A program made the position numbers and the translations under genes. Below the pieces are notes generated by a model. The model ran no database searches. It was given only the letters and a program-made list of their open reading frames with translations, and was not told the DNA's origin. From Promethearchaeota archaeon (GTDB lineage Archaea; Asgardarchaeota; Lokiarchaeia; Sigyniarchaeales; SOKP01): 64,000 bases of DNA. The DNA is taken from NCBI GenBank assembly GCA_029838195.1, contig JALGVJ010000006.1:32001-96000 (forward strand). The letters run 5' to 3'. Numbering within the stretch: position 1 is the first letter of the stretch; each line of letters opens with the position of its first letter. This document shows, in pieces, positions 1-10,602 of this stretch.

Positions 1-1455
1 CGAGAGGAGGAGGAAAGGAAGGAAATCCGAGGGCTGTCCGTAGATGAAAAAAAAGAGGTATCAACATTTTATAACTTGCTTATTTTAGGAGATAATTTAG
101 CCACCATGAGATGGCTTTTAGAACATTTTAAAGAAAAAATTACCTTGATTTACATCGATCCTCCCTTTGGAACAGGCACGGCCTTTAATCTCAAAATAAA
201 AATCGGAGAAGGCAAATATTCCACTGATTCTAAATATTGGATTCGAGAACCGGCTTATAAAGATTCTTGGTTGGGAGGATTAGATTCTTACTTGGAGTTC
301 ATGTATCCCCGATTATTTTTGATGAAAAAATTATTAGCATCCCATGGAAGCATGTATGTACATTTAGATTGGCATGTAGTCCACCCGATTAAACTTTTGT
401 TAGATGAGATTTTTGGTAAAGAAAATTTCCGGAATCAAATCATATGGTATTATCCTGCTGCTTCCGCGCAGACAAAGAAATTCTTCATGCGTTCTCATGA
501 CGTGATTTTATTTTATTCTAAATCTAAAAATTATATTTTCAATGATGATGCTCAAATCTACATGGAATATTCCTCGAGGGTGAAAGATAATCTGAAACGG
601 GATGAGAAGGGCGTCTATTATTATAGAGGAGGAAGTCATAATGGATTGAAATTAAAAAGAAAAGTATATATTGATGGTAAGGGCATTTTTCCTCGTGATG
701 TGTGGTTAGATGTTCCTTATGTGAGAGCAAATACCTTGGAATATCAAGGATTTTCTACTCAAAAGCCAGAATTATTGTTAAAGCGCATCATATTGGCATC
801 TTCAAATGAAAAAGATTTAATAGCAGACTTTTTCTGCGGAACAGGCACGTGTTTAGCCGTGGCAGAAAAATTAGGGCGAAGATGGATTGGATGTGATATC
901 AGCAAGCATGCCGTTCATATCAGCAGAAAACGAATCCTTGATATTCATGAAGGCCGGGATTTAAACAATGGGAAGAAAAAACATGCTAAAAAAGCTACGC
1001 CTTTTAAAATTATGGTTCAAGAAGATAAAATTCACGATAAATCCTTTTTAAAGAGTTATTTAAAACCGGATCAAAACCATGAGGAGGGTTTATTTCAAGA
1101 TTTTAAAGAGCCCGAGATCGAGCTCAAGATTCTTGAAAAATACAATTCATGCATGAAAATTGAACTCGTGAATTATTCAATCCCCTTCGAGGAAAAAATA
1201 AAGAAATCAATAACCAATAAAATTAATAAGTGGTCTGATTGGATTGATTTCTTTGCGGTGGATTTTAATCCTTCGCAAGGAGTTTTTAATACATCTTGGG
1301 CATCTTATAGAACTCAAAAACAAAGAGAGATTTCTTTAGAATCATGTGGGTGGAATCATGAATTAAAAAAGATTCATTCTATTCAAGTAAAAGTAATTGA
1401 TATTCTTGGAAATGAAACAATTAAAACCATTAAATTAAACAATATTAAAATTTGA
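1..1455 (+). CDS. Site-specific DNA methyltransferase (N6-adenine/N4-cytosine, beta class, type III Mod-like); 5'-partial
   Basis: LIYIDPPF catalytic motif precedes the DFFCGTGT SAM-binding motif; TQKPELLL segment. Frame 1 is open from base 1 with no stop before the TTG at 76, so the gene probably starts outside the window. Confidence 0.85.
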   Translation, partial: REEEERKEIRGLSVDEKKEVSTFYNLLILGDNLATMRWLLEHFKEKITLIYIDPPFGTGTAFNLKIKIGEGKYSTDSKYWIREPAYKDSWLGGLDSYLEFMYPRLFLMKKLLASHGSMYVHLDWHVVHPIKLLLDEIFGKENFRNQIIWYYPAASAQTKKFFMRSHDVILFYSKSKNYIFNDDAQIYMEYSSRVKDNLKRDEKGVYYYRGGSHNGLKLKRKVYIDGKGIFPRDVWLDVPYVRANTLEYQGFSTQKPELLLKRIILASSNEKDLIADFFCGTGTCLAVAEKLGRRWIGCDISKHAVHISRKRILDIHEGRDLNNGKKKHAKKATPFKIMVQEDKIHDKSFLKSYLKPDQNHEEGLFQDFKEPEIELKILEKYNSCMKIELVNYSIPFEEKIKKSITNKINKWSDWIDFFAVDFNPSQGVFNTSWASYRTQKQREISLESCGWNHELKKIHSIQVKVIDILGNETIKTIKLNNIKI

Positions 1456-1476
1456 ATCAAGAAATTTAACACGATT

Positions 1477-2859
1477 TCATTTAATTATTTCTCGTAACAT
1501 CATGGTGGCATAGCATCCTTTAGGTAAACTGAATTCAAATTTTATTTTTTGATAATTAGGATGAATTTCATCTTCCCCAAATTCTAAGAGATTCAATCCA
1601 ATTGGTTTTACCAATAGCGTTCGTATTGTCCCTTTTAAATCGAAATTAATAAATGACTCGTCATAAAACATGTCTAGGCGGATTTGTTCTTCCTTGCAGA
1701 TTTCTTGAAATATCCGGCTCATTAAGGGGAAATCTTCTAAGTTAATTCCATGTCCTATGATTGGACACACGATTGCAGCCCGATCTCTTTCTATTGCTTT
1801 TAAGAGCCCCTCATCATAATGACTTCCAAAAATATATTTTACTGGGGTTGGTGAGCCATTAGTTTGCTCTAAAATGGAAATAACATCTCCTTCCTGGGGA
1901 GTAAAGAATGGAATACCTTTTTTATGTCTTAGAGATAACATTTTATTAAATAGGTATGATTGATAAGAACTGATAATTAATTTTTTCAAATCTGGAGGAA
2001 GGACTTCAAAGACTCCCTCGTAATCTCCGGGATGTTCCATCATGTAGGCGAGCATGTTTCTTTCATATTGAAGAGATTTCGGAAATAATGATAGTGCACC
2101 CTTGTAATCTCCCGTTTCTTTTAAATACGTTCTCGCCTTTTTAGATTTGGTAGATTCTGGAGGATAAGTGGAAATAACAAACTCATTAAAAGCTTCTTCA
2201 TATTTTCTCTCAATGAGGTATCTGCCCACTATATGAGAATTAGGCCGAAAAGTCCCGAATCTTTGTAGCCCATAATAGTTTGGAAATCCATGAGTTGTTA
2301 ATTTTTTAAATAGAAGCTCGATATCTTGTTTCAAATTTTCTCTATTCGGAATTTTTCTAATGGTAATCACGAAGAAATTACCCCAATGACTTCCCAATTT
2401 TACGGGTTTCTTGGTAGGATGAATATTTCTTATAAACAAATCTTTAATTCTTAATCGTTTTAATTGATCGATATAATTTCCCTTGATCGACATCTTTTGC
2501 ACCGTTATAGCGAGCTTATCTTTTAATCCCGAATAAGAAATCAAGGAAGGAGAAATTTTTAATTGATTGCTAAGTAAATCTACAGCCTCAAAAGTATCCT
2601 TATTTACTTTAATCAAATTAAAGGTGGTATATTTATCATTACCATCTTCTGGAAAAAAATGTTCCGTAAAATCTTCCCGTATTTCTAAAACTTCGCCCGT
2701 TTCAGAAATTTCTTTTACAATAAAATCTTTATAGCCATGTTTATAGATGCCTTTTATTCCTTGGATTTCGGAGGTGCTAAAAAATTTAATTTCAACAAAT
2801 TTTTCGATTTCTCGTTCAATCTTTTGAAAATTTATACTATTTTCCTCATTTTCATGCAA
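1477..2859 (-). CDS. truD: tRNA pseudouridine(13) synthase TruD/Pus7
   Basis: DFIVKEI, SGLKDKLAITVQ (catalytic Asp), GFPNYYGLQRFG and FSLPKGCYATMMLREI motifs. Confidence 0.95.
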   Translation of the reverse strand: MHENEENSINFQKIEREIEKFVEIKFFSTSEIQGIKGIYKHGYKDFIVKEISETGEVLEIREDFTEHFFPEDGNDKYTTFNLIKVNKDTFEAVDLLSNQLKISPSLISYSGLKDKLAITVQKMSIKGNYIDQLKRLRIKDLFIRNIHPTKKPVKLGSHWGNFFVITIRKIPNRENLKQDIELLFKKLTTHGFPNYYGLQRFGTFRPNSHIVGRYLIERKYEEAFNEFVISTYPPESTKSKKARTYLKETGDYKGALSLFPKSLQYERNMLAYMMEHPGDYEGVFEVLPPDLKKLIISSYQSYLFNKMLSLRHKKGIPFFTPQEGDVISILEQTNGSPTPVKYIFGSHYDEGLLKAIERDRAAIVCPIIGHGINLEDFPLMSRIFQEICKEEQIRLDMFYDESFINFDLKGTIRTLLVKPIGLNLLEFGEDEIHPNYQKIKFEFSLPKGCYATMMLREIIK

Positions 2860-2874
2860 TTTTCATTCCCATGG

Positions 2875-3231
2875 TCATAGTAGTTCTAAATTTCCCGTGA
2901 TTTTATCCAGTTCTGATGAGGGATGAGGTCCTATTCCTAAAGCGGTAATGGTGCCGGGAGCTAATTGGGTTAAACCGGCATCCTTGACTAAAAAATGAGG
3001 GATTTTTTGTTTTTCAAGCTCTTTTAAAATATCTTGTAGCATTTCCAAGCTTTTTGCTTTCAAGACTATTTTTTTCTGTCCCGTATTTTTCCAATTCTTC
3101 CAATTCTTTTTATTTTTAGTTCTAACTAAATCAGATGCAGATACGGAAGCATGACATGCTTGAGCACATTTCTTGCCTGTACTCATTTTTAAATCTGTCC
3201 TAATTAAAATTACTTGTTTTATTTCGTCCAT
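2875..3231 (-). CDS. pth2: Peptidyl-tRNA hydrolase Pth2
   Basis: [52 protein letters not shown]. Confidence 0.96.
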   Translation of the reverse strand: MDEIKQVILIRTDLKMSTGKKCAQACHASVSASDLVRTKNKKNWKNWKNTGQKKIVLKAKSLEMLQDILKELEKQKIPHFLVKDAGLTQLAPGTITALGIGPHPSSELDKITGNLELL

Positions 3232-3290
3232 GGTTTTATAACCTTTAGAAAACGGCGTGCTTCTTGGAGCCTGTATTACTAATATACTAG

Positions 3291-3803
3291 TTATTGAAAT
3301 TCTATTCTCGTTGTCTGATTCGTGAGTTCAAAAATGAGCTCTTCTAATTCTTCTTTTGTAAAGGGAATTTGATCTTGATCTTCCTTTCGAATGACGGCTT
3401 TAAATTCGATATCCCCGGTTGCTAAAAAAATTTCATTCAATGAAATTAATTTGCTGGGATAAATCAAGCTCTCAACGACAGGACGGGGCTTTTTACTATT
3501 TTCTACTAAAATTATATTATCAATTTCATAGGTTTCTTTAATCATATCGATTAATTCTGAAGTAATCTTGAGTTTATCTCCCCGCCCTATTAGAAGTATG
3601 ACCAAATCGCCATAATCTATCGCTTTGTAAAAGGATACATCCTTTAAATAATTAAATCGGGAATCATTCTCTTCCAGCTCTAAAAAGAATTTCGCCAAAT
3701 CTATTTCAAAATCTGTTAAAATGCCTTCGTCATATTTCTCTTGGCAACTCGTACAGAGAAACTCCGATGAGATACATGTTCTGCAAGCTGGTAATACCCG
3801 AAT
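3291..3803 (-). CDS. Archaeal NusA-like KH-domain protein with N-terminal Cys cluster; start extended to a non-canonical codon
   Basis: The frame continues upstream of the called TTG (3698) as [38 protein letters not shown], matching the CxxC..LCxxC N-terminus of archaeal NusA-like proteins. In-frame TAA at 3810-3812. Lies upstream of pth2-truD. Exact start uncertain. Confidence 0.65.
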   Translation of the reverse strand: MRVLPACRTCISSEFLCTSCQEKYDEGILTDFEIDLAKFFLELEENDSRFNYLKDVSFYKAIDYGDLVILLIGRGDKLKITSELIDMIKETYEIDNIILVENSKKPRPVVESLIYPSKLISLNEIFLATGDIEFKAVIRKEDQDQIPFTKEELEELIFELTNQTTRIEFQ

Positions 3804-4265
3804 CTTCCATTACACCAACTATTTCTCAATAAAAATCGAAATACATGTAGATAAATCTAAAATATAATAAAAATTGAATCCTTCTTTTGAGAAAATATTA
3901 TCAATACTTTAAAAATTTTTTTATAATAAACTAAACCCAAAACTGAATAAATTGCTCAAGTTTTTTTAAAAATATCATATCATTAATTATCTTTACATTA
4001 AGATGAAGAAATTTTTTAAAGGTTCATGATAATAAGATTTTCATGAATATCATGAATCATTTTAAAAATCATTGAGAAGTAAGAATGAGGATTATAATTA
4101 TTTTAAAGTGATATTGACGATGATTTGGAATTTTTTAATTTTTATTTATTGTCTCTCATTAATAATTACTTAATATAATGCTTCTCCGAGATATTCTCAA
4201 ATATAATTAACTCTTAAATCTTGAATTTATTTTAAGATAAGAAAATATGGAACCATCAAGAAGGG

Positions 4266-4460
4266 TTATAATTCGATTATATCGCAATTTAAATTAGATA
4301 ATAATCTTTCTGCTGTAGGAGGATCGACTTTATAAGTATAAAGAGTTTTTTTTGTTCGCAATTTCAGTTTTACCACATCTTTTAATCTTTTTACGCGACA
4401 ATGGATCGCTCGCTCTGATAGTTCAATAAATTGTTTTTCATCAAAAATTTCTTTAGGCAT
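4266..4460 (-). CDS. rpl38e: 50S ribosomal protein eL38
   Basis: MPKEI...VKLKLRTKKTLYTYKV...AERLL, typical eL38 signature and length. Confidence 0.92.
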   Translation of the reverse strand: MPKEIFDEKQFIELSERAIHCRVKRLKDVVKLKLRTKKTLYTYKVDPPTAERLLSNLNCDIIEL

Positions 4461-4624
4461 GGCGTTTATTCCCGCTTTACACGATTAATTCCTTTTTACT
4501 TATGATTCTGTATTTTCCATCTAATTTTAATTTTATGATGGACCCTTCATAATGCGAAAATTTTTTAATTTTCGTGCTTTTTACCACCTATCTTTACTTG
4601 ATTAAACATATTATCTGAAAAATC

Positions 4625-4786
4625 ATGCCGATTGATGATCCCTTTAAGAGGAAAATTGCTCGCTACCACTTGCTGGAAAAAAGCGTGTGCCGTCGTTGTG
4701 GGGCTTTAAATCCCGTTAAGGCAAAAAAATGCAGGCGTTGTCGAGGGAAAGATTTAAGATTAAAGAGCAGGGAAACTTCCAAATAA
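4625..4786 (+). CDS. rpl40e: 50S ribosomal protein eL40 (53 aa; not in ORF track)
   Basis: Manual translation MPIDDPFKRKIARYHLLEKSVCRRCGALNPVKAKKCRRCRGKDLRLKSRETSK: CxxC-A-N..CRRC zinc finger and LRxK end. Confidence 0.93.
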   Translation: MPIDDPFKRKIARYHLLEKSVCRRCGALNPVKAKKCRRCRGKDLRLKSRETSK

Positions 4787-4956
4787 ACCCGCAATTTCTT
4801 TTTCTCTTTTACGTAAACTGACTTGCATCATTTTCCATGGTTCTTTTATTTTAGGGAAAGAGTTTTTTCCTCGATTTACTTCTTTTTATTTTTAGAAAAT
4901 TTTTTAAATTCTATTTTTCACTATGTTTTTAAAATTATTTAAAGGAAGGAAAGCTC

Positions 4957-5994
4957 ATGGTGGATATCAGAGGAGGTTTAAATTTTGCTTTTTCTACGCA
5001 TTTTTCCCCCAAACAAGATTTTAATCTTGATGATCTTAAGTTAGATTTACGATTTTTTCCGGGTCTTCAAGAACAAATACGTGAGTCCCTAGAAAAAGAG
5101 GATGAGGAGGAGATAAGAAAAATTATAGAATTTTTAAAAGAGAAAAGGAAAAAATTGAAAAAGAAACGTCTGAAATTACTGGGAAAAGACACCAATCCTT
5201 CAAAATTATTAATAGATGAAGAACTACCGCCAAAAATTATCAACTACATTAAAGAAAAAACGTCGATAAATAGTTTAGGGGATTTTCTAACACTGATTAA
5301 TAATGATGCTCAAGGCTTATCAAATAAAATACGCATCATGAATAGCACGCAATTAAAACGATGCTTAGAAATTGGAAGACAATCTTTTAAAGATTTAAGA
5401 GAAACCTCCAAAAATCCCTCACTTGCTGTAAAAAAAGCAATTTATCAATGTTTTGAATTATTCCAAATCCCAAGGGAAGAAATTAAAGAGTATGTTAGCA
5501 ATGATGAGGAAACATTAATCATTAATAATTCACGAGAGTTCTCCATTAGTTATATCAAGAACGACCATCTGAAAGAACTGCAGTTTTTAGATGAACAAGA
5601 TCCCGAAAAAACACATGGATATGAAGTAAGATGGGTGCATTTTAATGTTTCCCGCACTCGATGGGAAGAAATTTTAAAAAAAATAGCCACCACCCTTACT
5701 AGTTCTATTATTAAATTTATTGCCCCTAGAATCGGTAATTCTCTCACATCTCTACTTAAAATGGTCCTTGAGTCCAAAAATGATGAGTTGCTCATTAAGG
5801 CATGTAATTTCAATTTAAAATTGATTTTTCATGAACTTTTACGAACAAATATAGCCATTAAAAGCGTGAAATTCCAGAATTTTGAAGGAGAGTTGTGGAA
5901 TGATGAAGAAAAGAAGAAAAAATTAGTGAAATTCGGAAAAGAATTAATAAAATCCACGAGCATCCAAAATATTCTTGATTCAAGAAATAATTAA
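4957..5994 (+). CDS. Hypothetical protein
   Basis: 345 aa ORF, charged and helical, purine-rich RBS-like sequence upstream; no motif recognised. Confidence 0.6.
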   Translation: MVDIRGGLNFAFSTHFSPKQDFNLDDLKLDLRFFPGLQEQIRESLEKEDEEEIRKIIEFLKEKRKKLKKKRLKLLGKDTNPSKLLIDEELPPKIINYIKEKTSINSLGDFLTLINNDAQGLSNKIRIMNSTQLKRCLEIGRQSFKDLRETSKNPSLAVKKAIYQCFELFQIPREEIKEYVSNDEETLIINNSREFSISYIKNDHLKELQFLDEQDPEKTHGYEVRWVHFNVSRTRWEEILKKIATTLTSSIIKFIAPRIGNSLTSLLKMVLESKNDELLIKACNFNLKLIFHELLRTNIAIKSVKFQNFEGELWNDEEKKKKLVKFGKELIKSTSIQNILDSRNN

Positions 5995-6527
5995 TGAATC
6001 CCCGAAAAATTTATTCTTGCTTCCTAATTTGAACTACCGTCGCCGATTAGTCCATCTTGCTTAATTTTTTTAATTTTTTCCCTTTATCGGAACTCACGCA
6101 TCAATGTGAATATAAAATCGAGGAATGAAGAGAATTTATCATTCATTTGAAAATTTTCAAGCATAGAATTTTTTTTTACTTTTTTTATGACCATTATAAT
6201 CTCTTTATAATCATGGTTTTACCCCAAATTAAAACTTCGTCTTGCTTTTTGTTATTAGACTAAAAATTTCTTTTACTTCTTTAATCAATAATAAAATAGA
6301 AATTGTTTCCTTTTTCTCGATTGGAAAATCTCTCTAACCTTTTTCATTTATTTCATTTCTATTCCTTAAAAATTTGCGAAAAACGGGAATTTCCTAAAAT
6401 TTCAACATGTGGATAAACTTTAAATTATATAAAGATCTCTATATCATAAAAAATATGATCTTAATCTAATAATCTAAATTAAAATATACCTAAACAAAAA
6501 AGAACAAAATTAAGGTGAAAAATACAC

Positions 6528-8210
6528 ATGGCTCAATTAGGAGGTCAACCCATTTTAATAATGAAAGAAGGAACTGAACGAACAAGGGGAAAAGATGCTA
6601 TGGAAAATAATATCGCCGCCGCTATCGTAATTGCTGAAGCGGTGCGCACGTCTCTCGGACCACGTGGTATGGACAAAATGCTCGTCGATCAATTCGGAGA
6701 TGTTGTTATTACTAACGATGGGGCTACGATCTTGAAGGAAATAGATGTTCAACACCCTGCGGCAAAGATGATGGTTGAAGTAGCCAAAACACAAGACAGC
6801 GAAGTCGGCGATGGAACGACCACGAGCGTAATTCTTGCTGGAGAGTTATTGAAGCGTGCCAAGAAATTATTGGAGCAAAAGATTCATCCTACCGTCATTA
6901 CTGAAGGTTTCAGGAAAGCGGCGGAAAAAGCTATTGAAATTTTAGAGAGCATGTCGATAAAAAGCGGCATCGATGACTATAAATCATTGAAAGACGCTGC
7001 CATGACTTGCATGCAGTCGAAAATTGTTTCGGAATCCAAGGAGAAATTGGCTGATTTATGCATTAACGCTATTAAATCCATCGCTGAAAAAGATGAAAAT
7101 GGTAAATGGGTTGCTGACATTGATAAGGTTCAAATTCAGAAAAAGGAAGGAGAAAGTATTGATGATACTAAATTAATCCGAGGGATTATCTTAGATAAAG
7201 AAGTAGTCAGTGCGGGCATGCCGAAAAGAGTAGAAAATGCTAAGATTCTTTTACTTCAATCTGCTGTTGAGATTGAGAAAACGGAATTTGACAGTAAATT
7301 ACAAATTACCAGTCCGGAACAAATTCAACAATTTTTAGATGAAGAGGAGAAAATGCTTCGGAACATGGTGGAAAAGATAAAGAATTCCGGAGCAAACGTG
7401 CTAATCTGTCAGAAGGGAATTGATGACATGGCTCAACATTTCTTAACGAGGGAAAATATTTTAGCCGTGCGACGGGTGAAAAAATCAGATTTAGAAAAAC
7501 TTTCGAAAGCAACGGGAGGCAAGATCTTAAATGATCTCAATGATGCGAAGCCAGATGTCTTAGGTAAGGCGGGTTTGGTCGAAGAACGGAAAATAATGAA
7601 TGATTCTTGGATTTTCATAGAAGATTGTGAAGATCCTAAATCCGTCTCCATTTTAATCCGGGGAGGAACTGAATTAATTGTTGACGAGGTCGATAGGGCC
7701 ATTCATGATGCCCTCTGCGTCGTGAGAGATATCGTGGAAGATGAGAAGATTGTTGGAGGTGGCGGGGCTCCTGAATTAGAAACAGCGATTCAACTGAGAG
7801 ATTTCGCTCAAAGCCTTGGAGGGCGAGAACAACTCGCTGTAGAAATTTTTGCTGATAGCCTCGACATCATTCCAAAAACCCTGGCTGAGAATGCTGGTTT
7901 AGACCAAATCGATGTGTTAATGAAATTAAGAGCTTCTCATCAAAAAGGCAATAAATTTGCGGGATTAAATTTAGAAACGGGAGAAGTAATTGATAACATG
8001 ATGGAAGTCGGAATTATAGAACCGACTGTAGTAAAAATTCAAGCAATTAAAAGTTCCGTCGAGGCAGCATCAATGTTGTTAAGGATAGATGACGTCATAG
8101 CTAGTGCGAAGACGAAAATGCCTGCAGGTCCGCCCGGAGGTCCTGGCGGCATGGGTGGCATGCCAGGTGGACCCGGAGGAATGGGAGGCATGCCTCCGGG
8201 CATGTATTAA
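6528..8210 (+). CDS. ths: Thermosome (group II chaperonin) subunit
   Basis: [31 protein letters not shown]; Gly/Met/Pro-rich C-terminal tail. Confidence 0.98.
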   Translation: MAQLGGQPILIMKEGTERTRGKDAMENNIAAAIVIAEAVRTSLGPRGMDKMLVDQFGDVVITNDGATILKEIDVQHPAAKMMVEVAKTQDSEVGDGTTTSVILAGELLKRAKKLLEQKIHPTVITEGFRKAAEKAIEILESMSIKSGIDDYKSLKDAAMTCMQSKIVSESKEKLADLCINAIKSIAEKDENGKWVADIDKVQIQKKEGESIDDTKLIRGIILDKEVVSAGMPKRVENAKILLLQSAVEIEKTEFDSKLQITSPEQIQQFLDEEEKMLRNMVEKIKNSGANVLICQKGIDDMAQHFLTRENILAVRRVKKSDLEKLSKATGGKILNDLNDAKPDVLGKAGLVEERKIMNDSWIFIEDCEDPKSVSILIRGGTELIVDEVDRAIHDALCVVRDIVEDEKIVGGGGAPELETAIQLRDFAQSLGGREQLAVEIFADSLDIIPKTLAENAGLDQIDVLMKLRASHQKGNKFAGLNLETGEVIDNMMEVGIIEPTVVKIQAIKSSVEAASMLLRIDDVIASAKTKMPAGPPGGPGGMGGMPGGPGGMGGMPPGMY

Positions 8211-8366
8211 AAGAATAAATTAACTTTTTTAATTTTAGTTTTCTTTTTTTTCTTTTGTTTAAGTTCATTGTTATAAATTTTCATATTTTTTACTCATGAG
8301 GTACAAACTTTAGAGATTTTGTTTAGTCATGTAGTTCTATTAATTTTAAAAAAAAATTACAAGGGA

Positions 8367-8450
8367 AACAGGGAAACCTTTCATGGATTAATAGAAGTGG
8401 TCGAACGACCTTAATTTCTTCATATTACCTAATCTTTTTAAGCCTTTTCT
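8367..8450. repeat. Degenerate ~84 bp dispersed repeat, copy A
   Basis: Ungapped manual alignment with 10351-10434 gives 59/84 identities. Confidence 0.55.
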
Positions 8451-8461
8451 ATTCTATTAAT

Positions 8462-8653
8462 TTAATATCGGTTCAATTGATTTCTAAAATCGCACGCAAT
8501 AACTCGTTCAAAAAGGACTTATTTTAAAAGCTTTCCAAAAATGCAATGCGCTAGTATCTTTGCTTTTTCATCGATTCTTATTACTTTTTTACCTGTCTTT
8601 TCGGCTATATAGGTCAAGAATTCGACGAATCGGGAAATGAATCCTTTATTCAT
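8462..8653 (-). pseudogene. tnpB: Decayed TnpB (IS200/IS605/IS607 family RNA-guided nuclease), C-terminal remnant
   Basis: Minus-strand translation MNKGFISRFVEFLTYIAEKTGKKVIRIDEKAKILAHCIFGKLLK*VLFERVIACDFRNQLNRY* follows the TnpB pattern LxYKAxxxGxxVxxIDE-TxxxCxxCG-CxCG-DRD, with an internal stop and eroded Zn ligands and RuvC-III. Confidence 0.7.
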
Positions 8654-8843
8654 TTTCGATTTCTCTTTTTATTGAGGATAAGAGGAGTAAAATGATTTAA
8701 AAGAGAGAGCTCGCTTTCGCTAACCATTCTTTTGAAAAAGAAAGACTTATCCCGACGGTTAAATATACGTGATTTTCTAACCATAGCGCTATAATTCAAT
8801 AGAGAAGAAAAATTTGAGATTTACCTCGCTTGTCATCCTTTTT

Positions 8844-10061
8844 CTAAGTCACGTCAACATGGGATTCTATGCGAGCGATCATTCTTTCTACCCCACCTTC
8901 CTCGATGGAAAGAGTTATCGCTCCAGTTGGGCACGCCTTCTCGCATCTCCCGCAACCCGTGCAGAAATCCTTGCCCTCCCGATCAATCACGGCTACGTTT
9001 TCAATGATCTCTATTGCACCAAAAATGCAAGCGTCGAGACAAAGTCTGCAGCCGTTGCAAAGATCAGGATTGACCGTTACAGACAAGCCCTCCATCTTCT
9101 GATGCCATTTTCTTAGATATCTCGGCAACTCCTTGATTCCCGCCTCGACACAACAACACTCACAACAGAAACAAATATGCATCAGATCTCCCTTTTCAGG
9201 CAGAGCTCTATAGACGATCGTATCAGATTTGACTCTTCCCAGAGAGGGCAGGAGACCAGCGGCAACGGCTCGTCTTGCACGTTCTAATGCCTCTTCTTTG
9301 GTACCGATTTTCCCAAAGGTTTTCATCCTCAGAACCCCCTTACCCAAGGCTATGCATCCGATAGATTGATCATAATTTTGACAGTTGGCGAGCGTTCGAC
9401 ACGGGCAAAATGGAAAGAGATAGACGTGACTTGCCTTTTTTATGAAGTATTCAAGAACTGCGAGAGGTATCAGCTGATTCTCGTAGGTTCCCAAGGACTC
9501 ATTTATTGGAATGCGCACGTCGTTCGAGTTCTCTGGGTCTGAGGTTCTCTCCATGATCGGTCGAAATGCGGGAATTCTCATCAGACGGTAAGTCAAGCTT
9601 TTTTCTTTAACATGGGCATTTTCTTTAGGGGCACTAAGCGTAGGGGCATTGCCGGGGGAAAAACCGATCAACTTTCCAATTTTTTTTTCCACCCATTTCC
9701 CATCGGGGCGCTTAAAGCCAACCATAAATTTCGTCCCCATAAAGGCCGGCCAATGAGGGATTTCATCGTTGAGGAACTTATAAGCCAGATCAAGATCAGT
9801 GCACCCCAATACTAAGGTTGGGTTTTCAGCCTCCTCATCGATCTTGTATGAATACTCTGTTTCATTGAATACTTGATATCCCCTAATAGGGCCGAATTTC
9901 CATTGCACTACCTCGTGGAAATCTTTCATATCTTCTTCGTAGAACTTCTCCCATACTGCATATTTTGCTGCATCTTCTAGCATTTTCACGAAGAGTTCTC
10001 GAACTCTGGCCTCCTTCTCTTCCATGGTTATTCCACTCTTCTCTTCTGATTTCTCTGGCAT
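8844..10061 (-). CDS. Fe-S protein with C-terminal 2x[4Fe-4S] ferredoxin domain and possible SCP2-like N-terminal domain
   Basis: CPCRTLANC, ICFCCECCC, CNGCRLCLDAC and CTGCGRCEKACP motifs. Confidence 0.8.
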   Translation of the reverse strand: MPEKSEEKSGITMEEKEARVRELFVKMLEDAAKYAVWEKFYEEDMKDFHEVVQWKFGPIRGYQVFNETEYSYKIDEEAENPTLVLGCTDLDLAYKFLNDEIPHWPAFMGTKFMVGFKRPDGKWVEKKIGKLIGFSPGNAPTLSAPKENAHVKEKSLTYRLMRIPAFRPIMERTSDPENSNDVRIPINESLGTYENQLIPLAVLEYFIKKASHVYLFPFCPCRTLANCQNYDQSIGCIALGKGVLRMKTFGKIGTKEEALERARRAVAAGLLPSLGRVKSDTIVYRALPEKGDLMHICFCCECCCVEAGIKELPRYLRKWHQKMEGLSVTVNPDLCNGCRLCLDACIFGAIEIIENVAVIDREGKDFCTGCGRCEKACPTGAITLSIEEGGVERMIARIESHVDVT

Positions 10062-10350
10062 TTTTAATGCCTCTTTTCAGTAATTCCAATTTTTATTGTA
10101 ATTTCATTCATTAGATTATCCCAATTTCTTGATTTTTAAATAGTTTAATTTAACAATTATAAAAGAAATTTTATTTTTTAAATTTTATCGATAAGGACTT
10201 ATTTCTCATTGTATTACACGTGCAATTTCTTGTCAAATGTATACGGTACTTTTAATTCGGGAATTTGAATGAAACCATCCTTAATTTATAATGTTTTAAG
10301 GTTATTTATTTCTATTAGATTAGAAAAAAATTTAGTGAGGTTAACAAGTT

Positions 10351-10434
10351 AACCAGGAAAACTTTTATGGATTAAAAGATGATTTTACTGAACATCAATT
10401 TATTCGCATTCCCAAATCTCTTTAAGCTTTTTTT
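10351..10434. repeat. Degenerate ~84 bp dispersed repeat, copy B
   Basis: Direct-orientation match to 8367-8450 (59/84 ungapped). Confidence 0.55.
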
Positions 10435-10602
10435 ATAAAATAATATTTTAATGCCTTCTTTAAACCGTGAAGTTGGAATTGAAAGTAGTCATGTGAAGTT
10501 GAACTTTTCCTTTTCAATTTAAATTTTAAAAATTATTTTTACTTAATAGAGATCATGACTAAAATAGAGAAAATTATTTCTTCTTAAAAAAATCGTGATA
10601 CT

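Noticed and set aside
8120-8207. GC-rich repeats at the end of the thermosome gene
   Set aside because: Encode the ordinary PGGMGGM chaperonin tail
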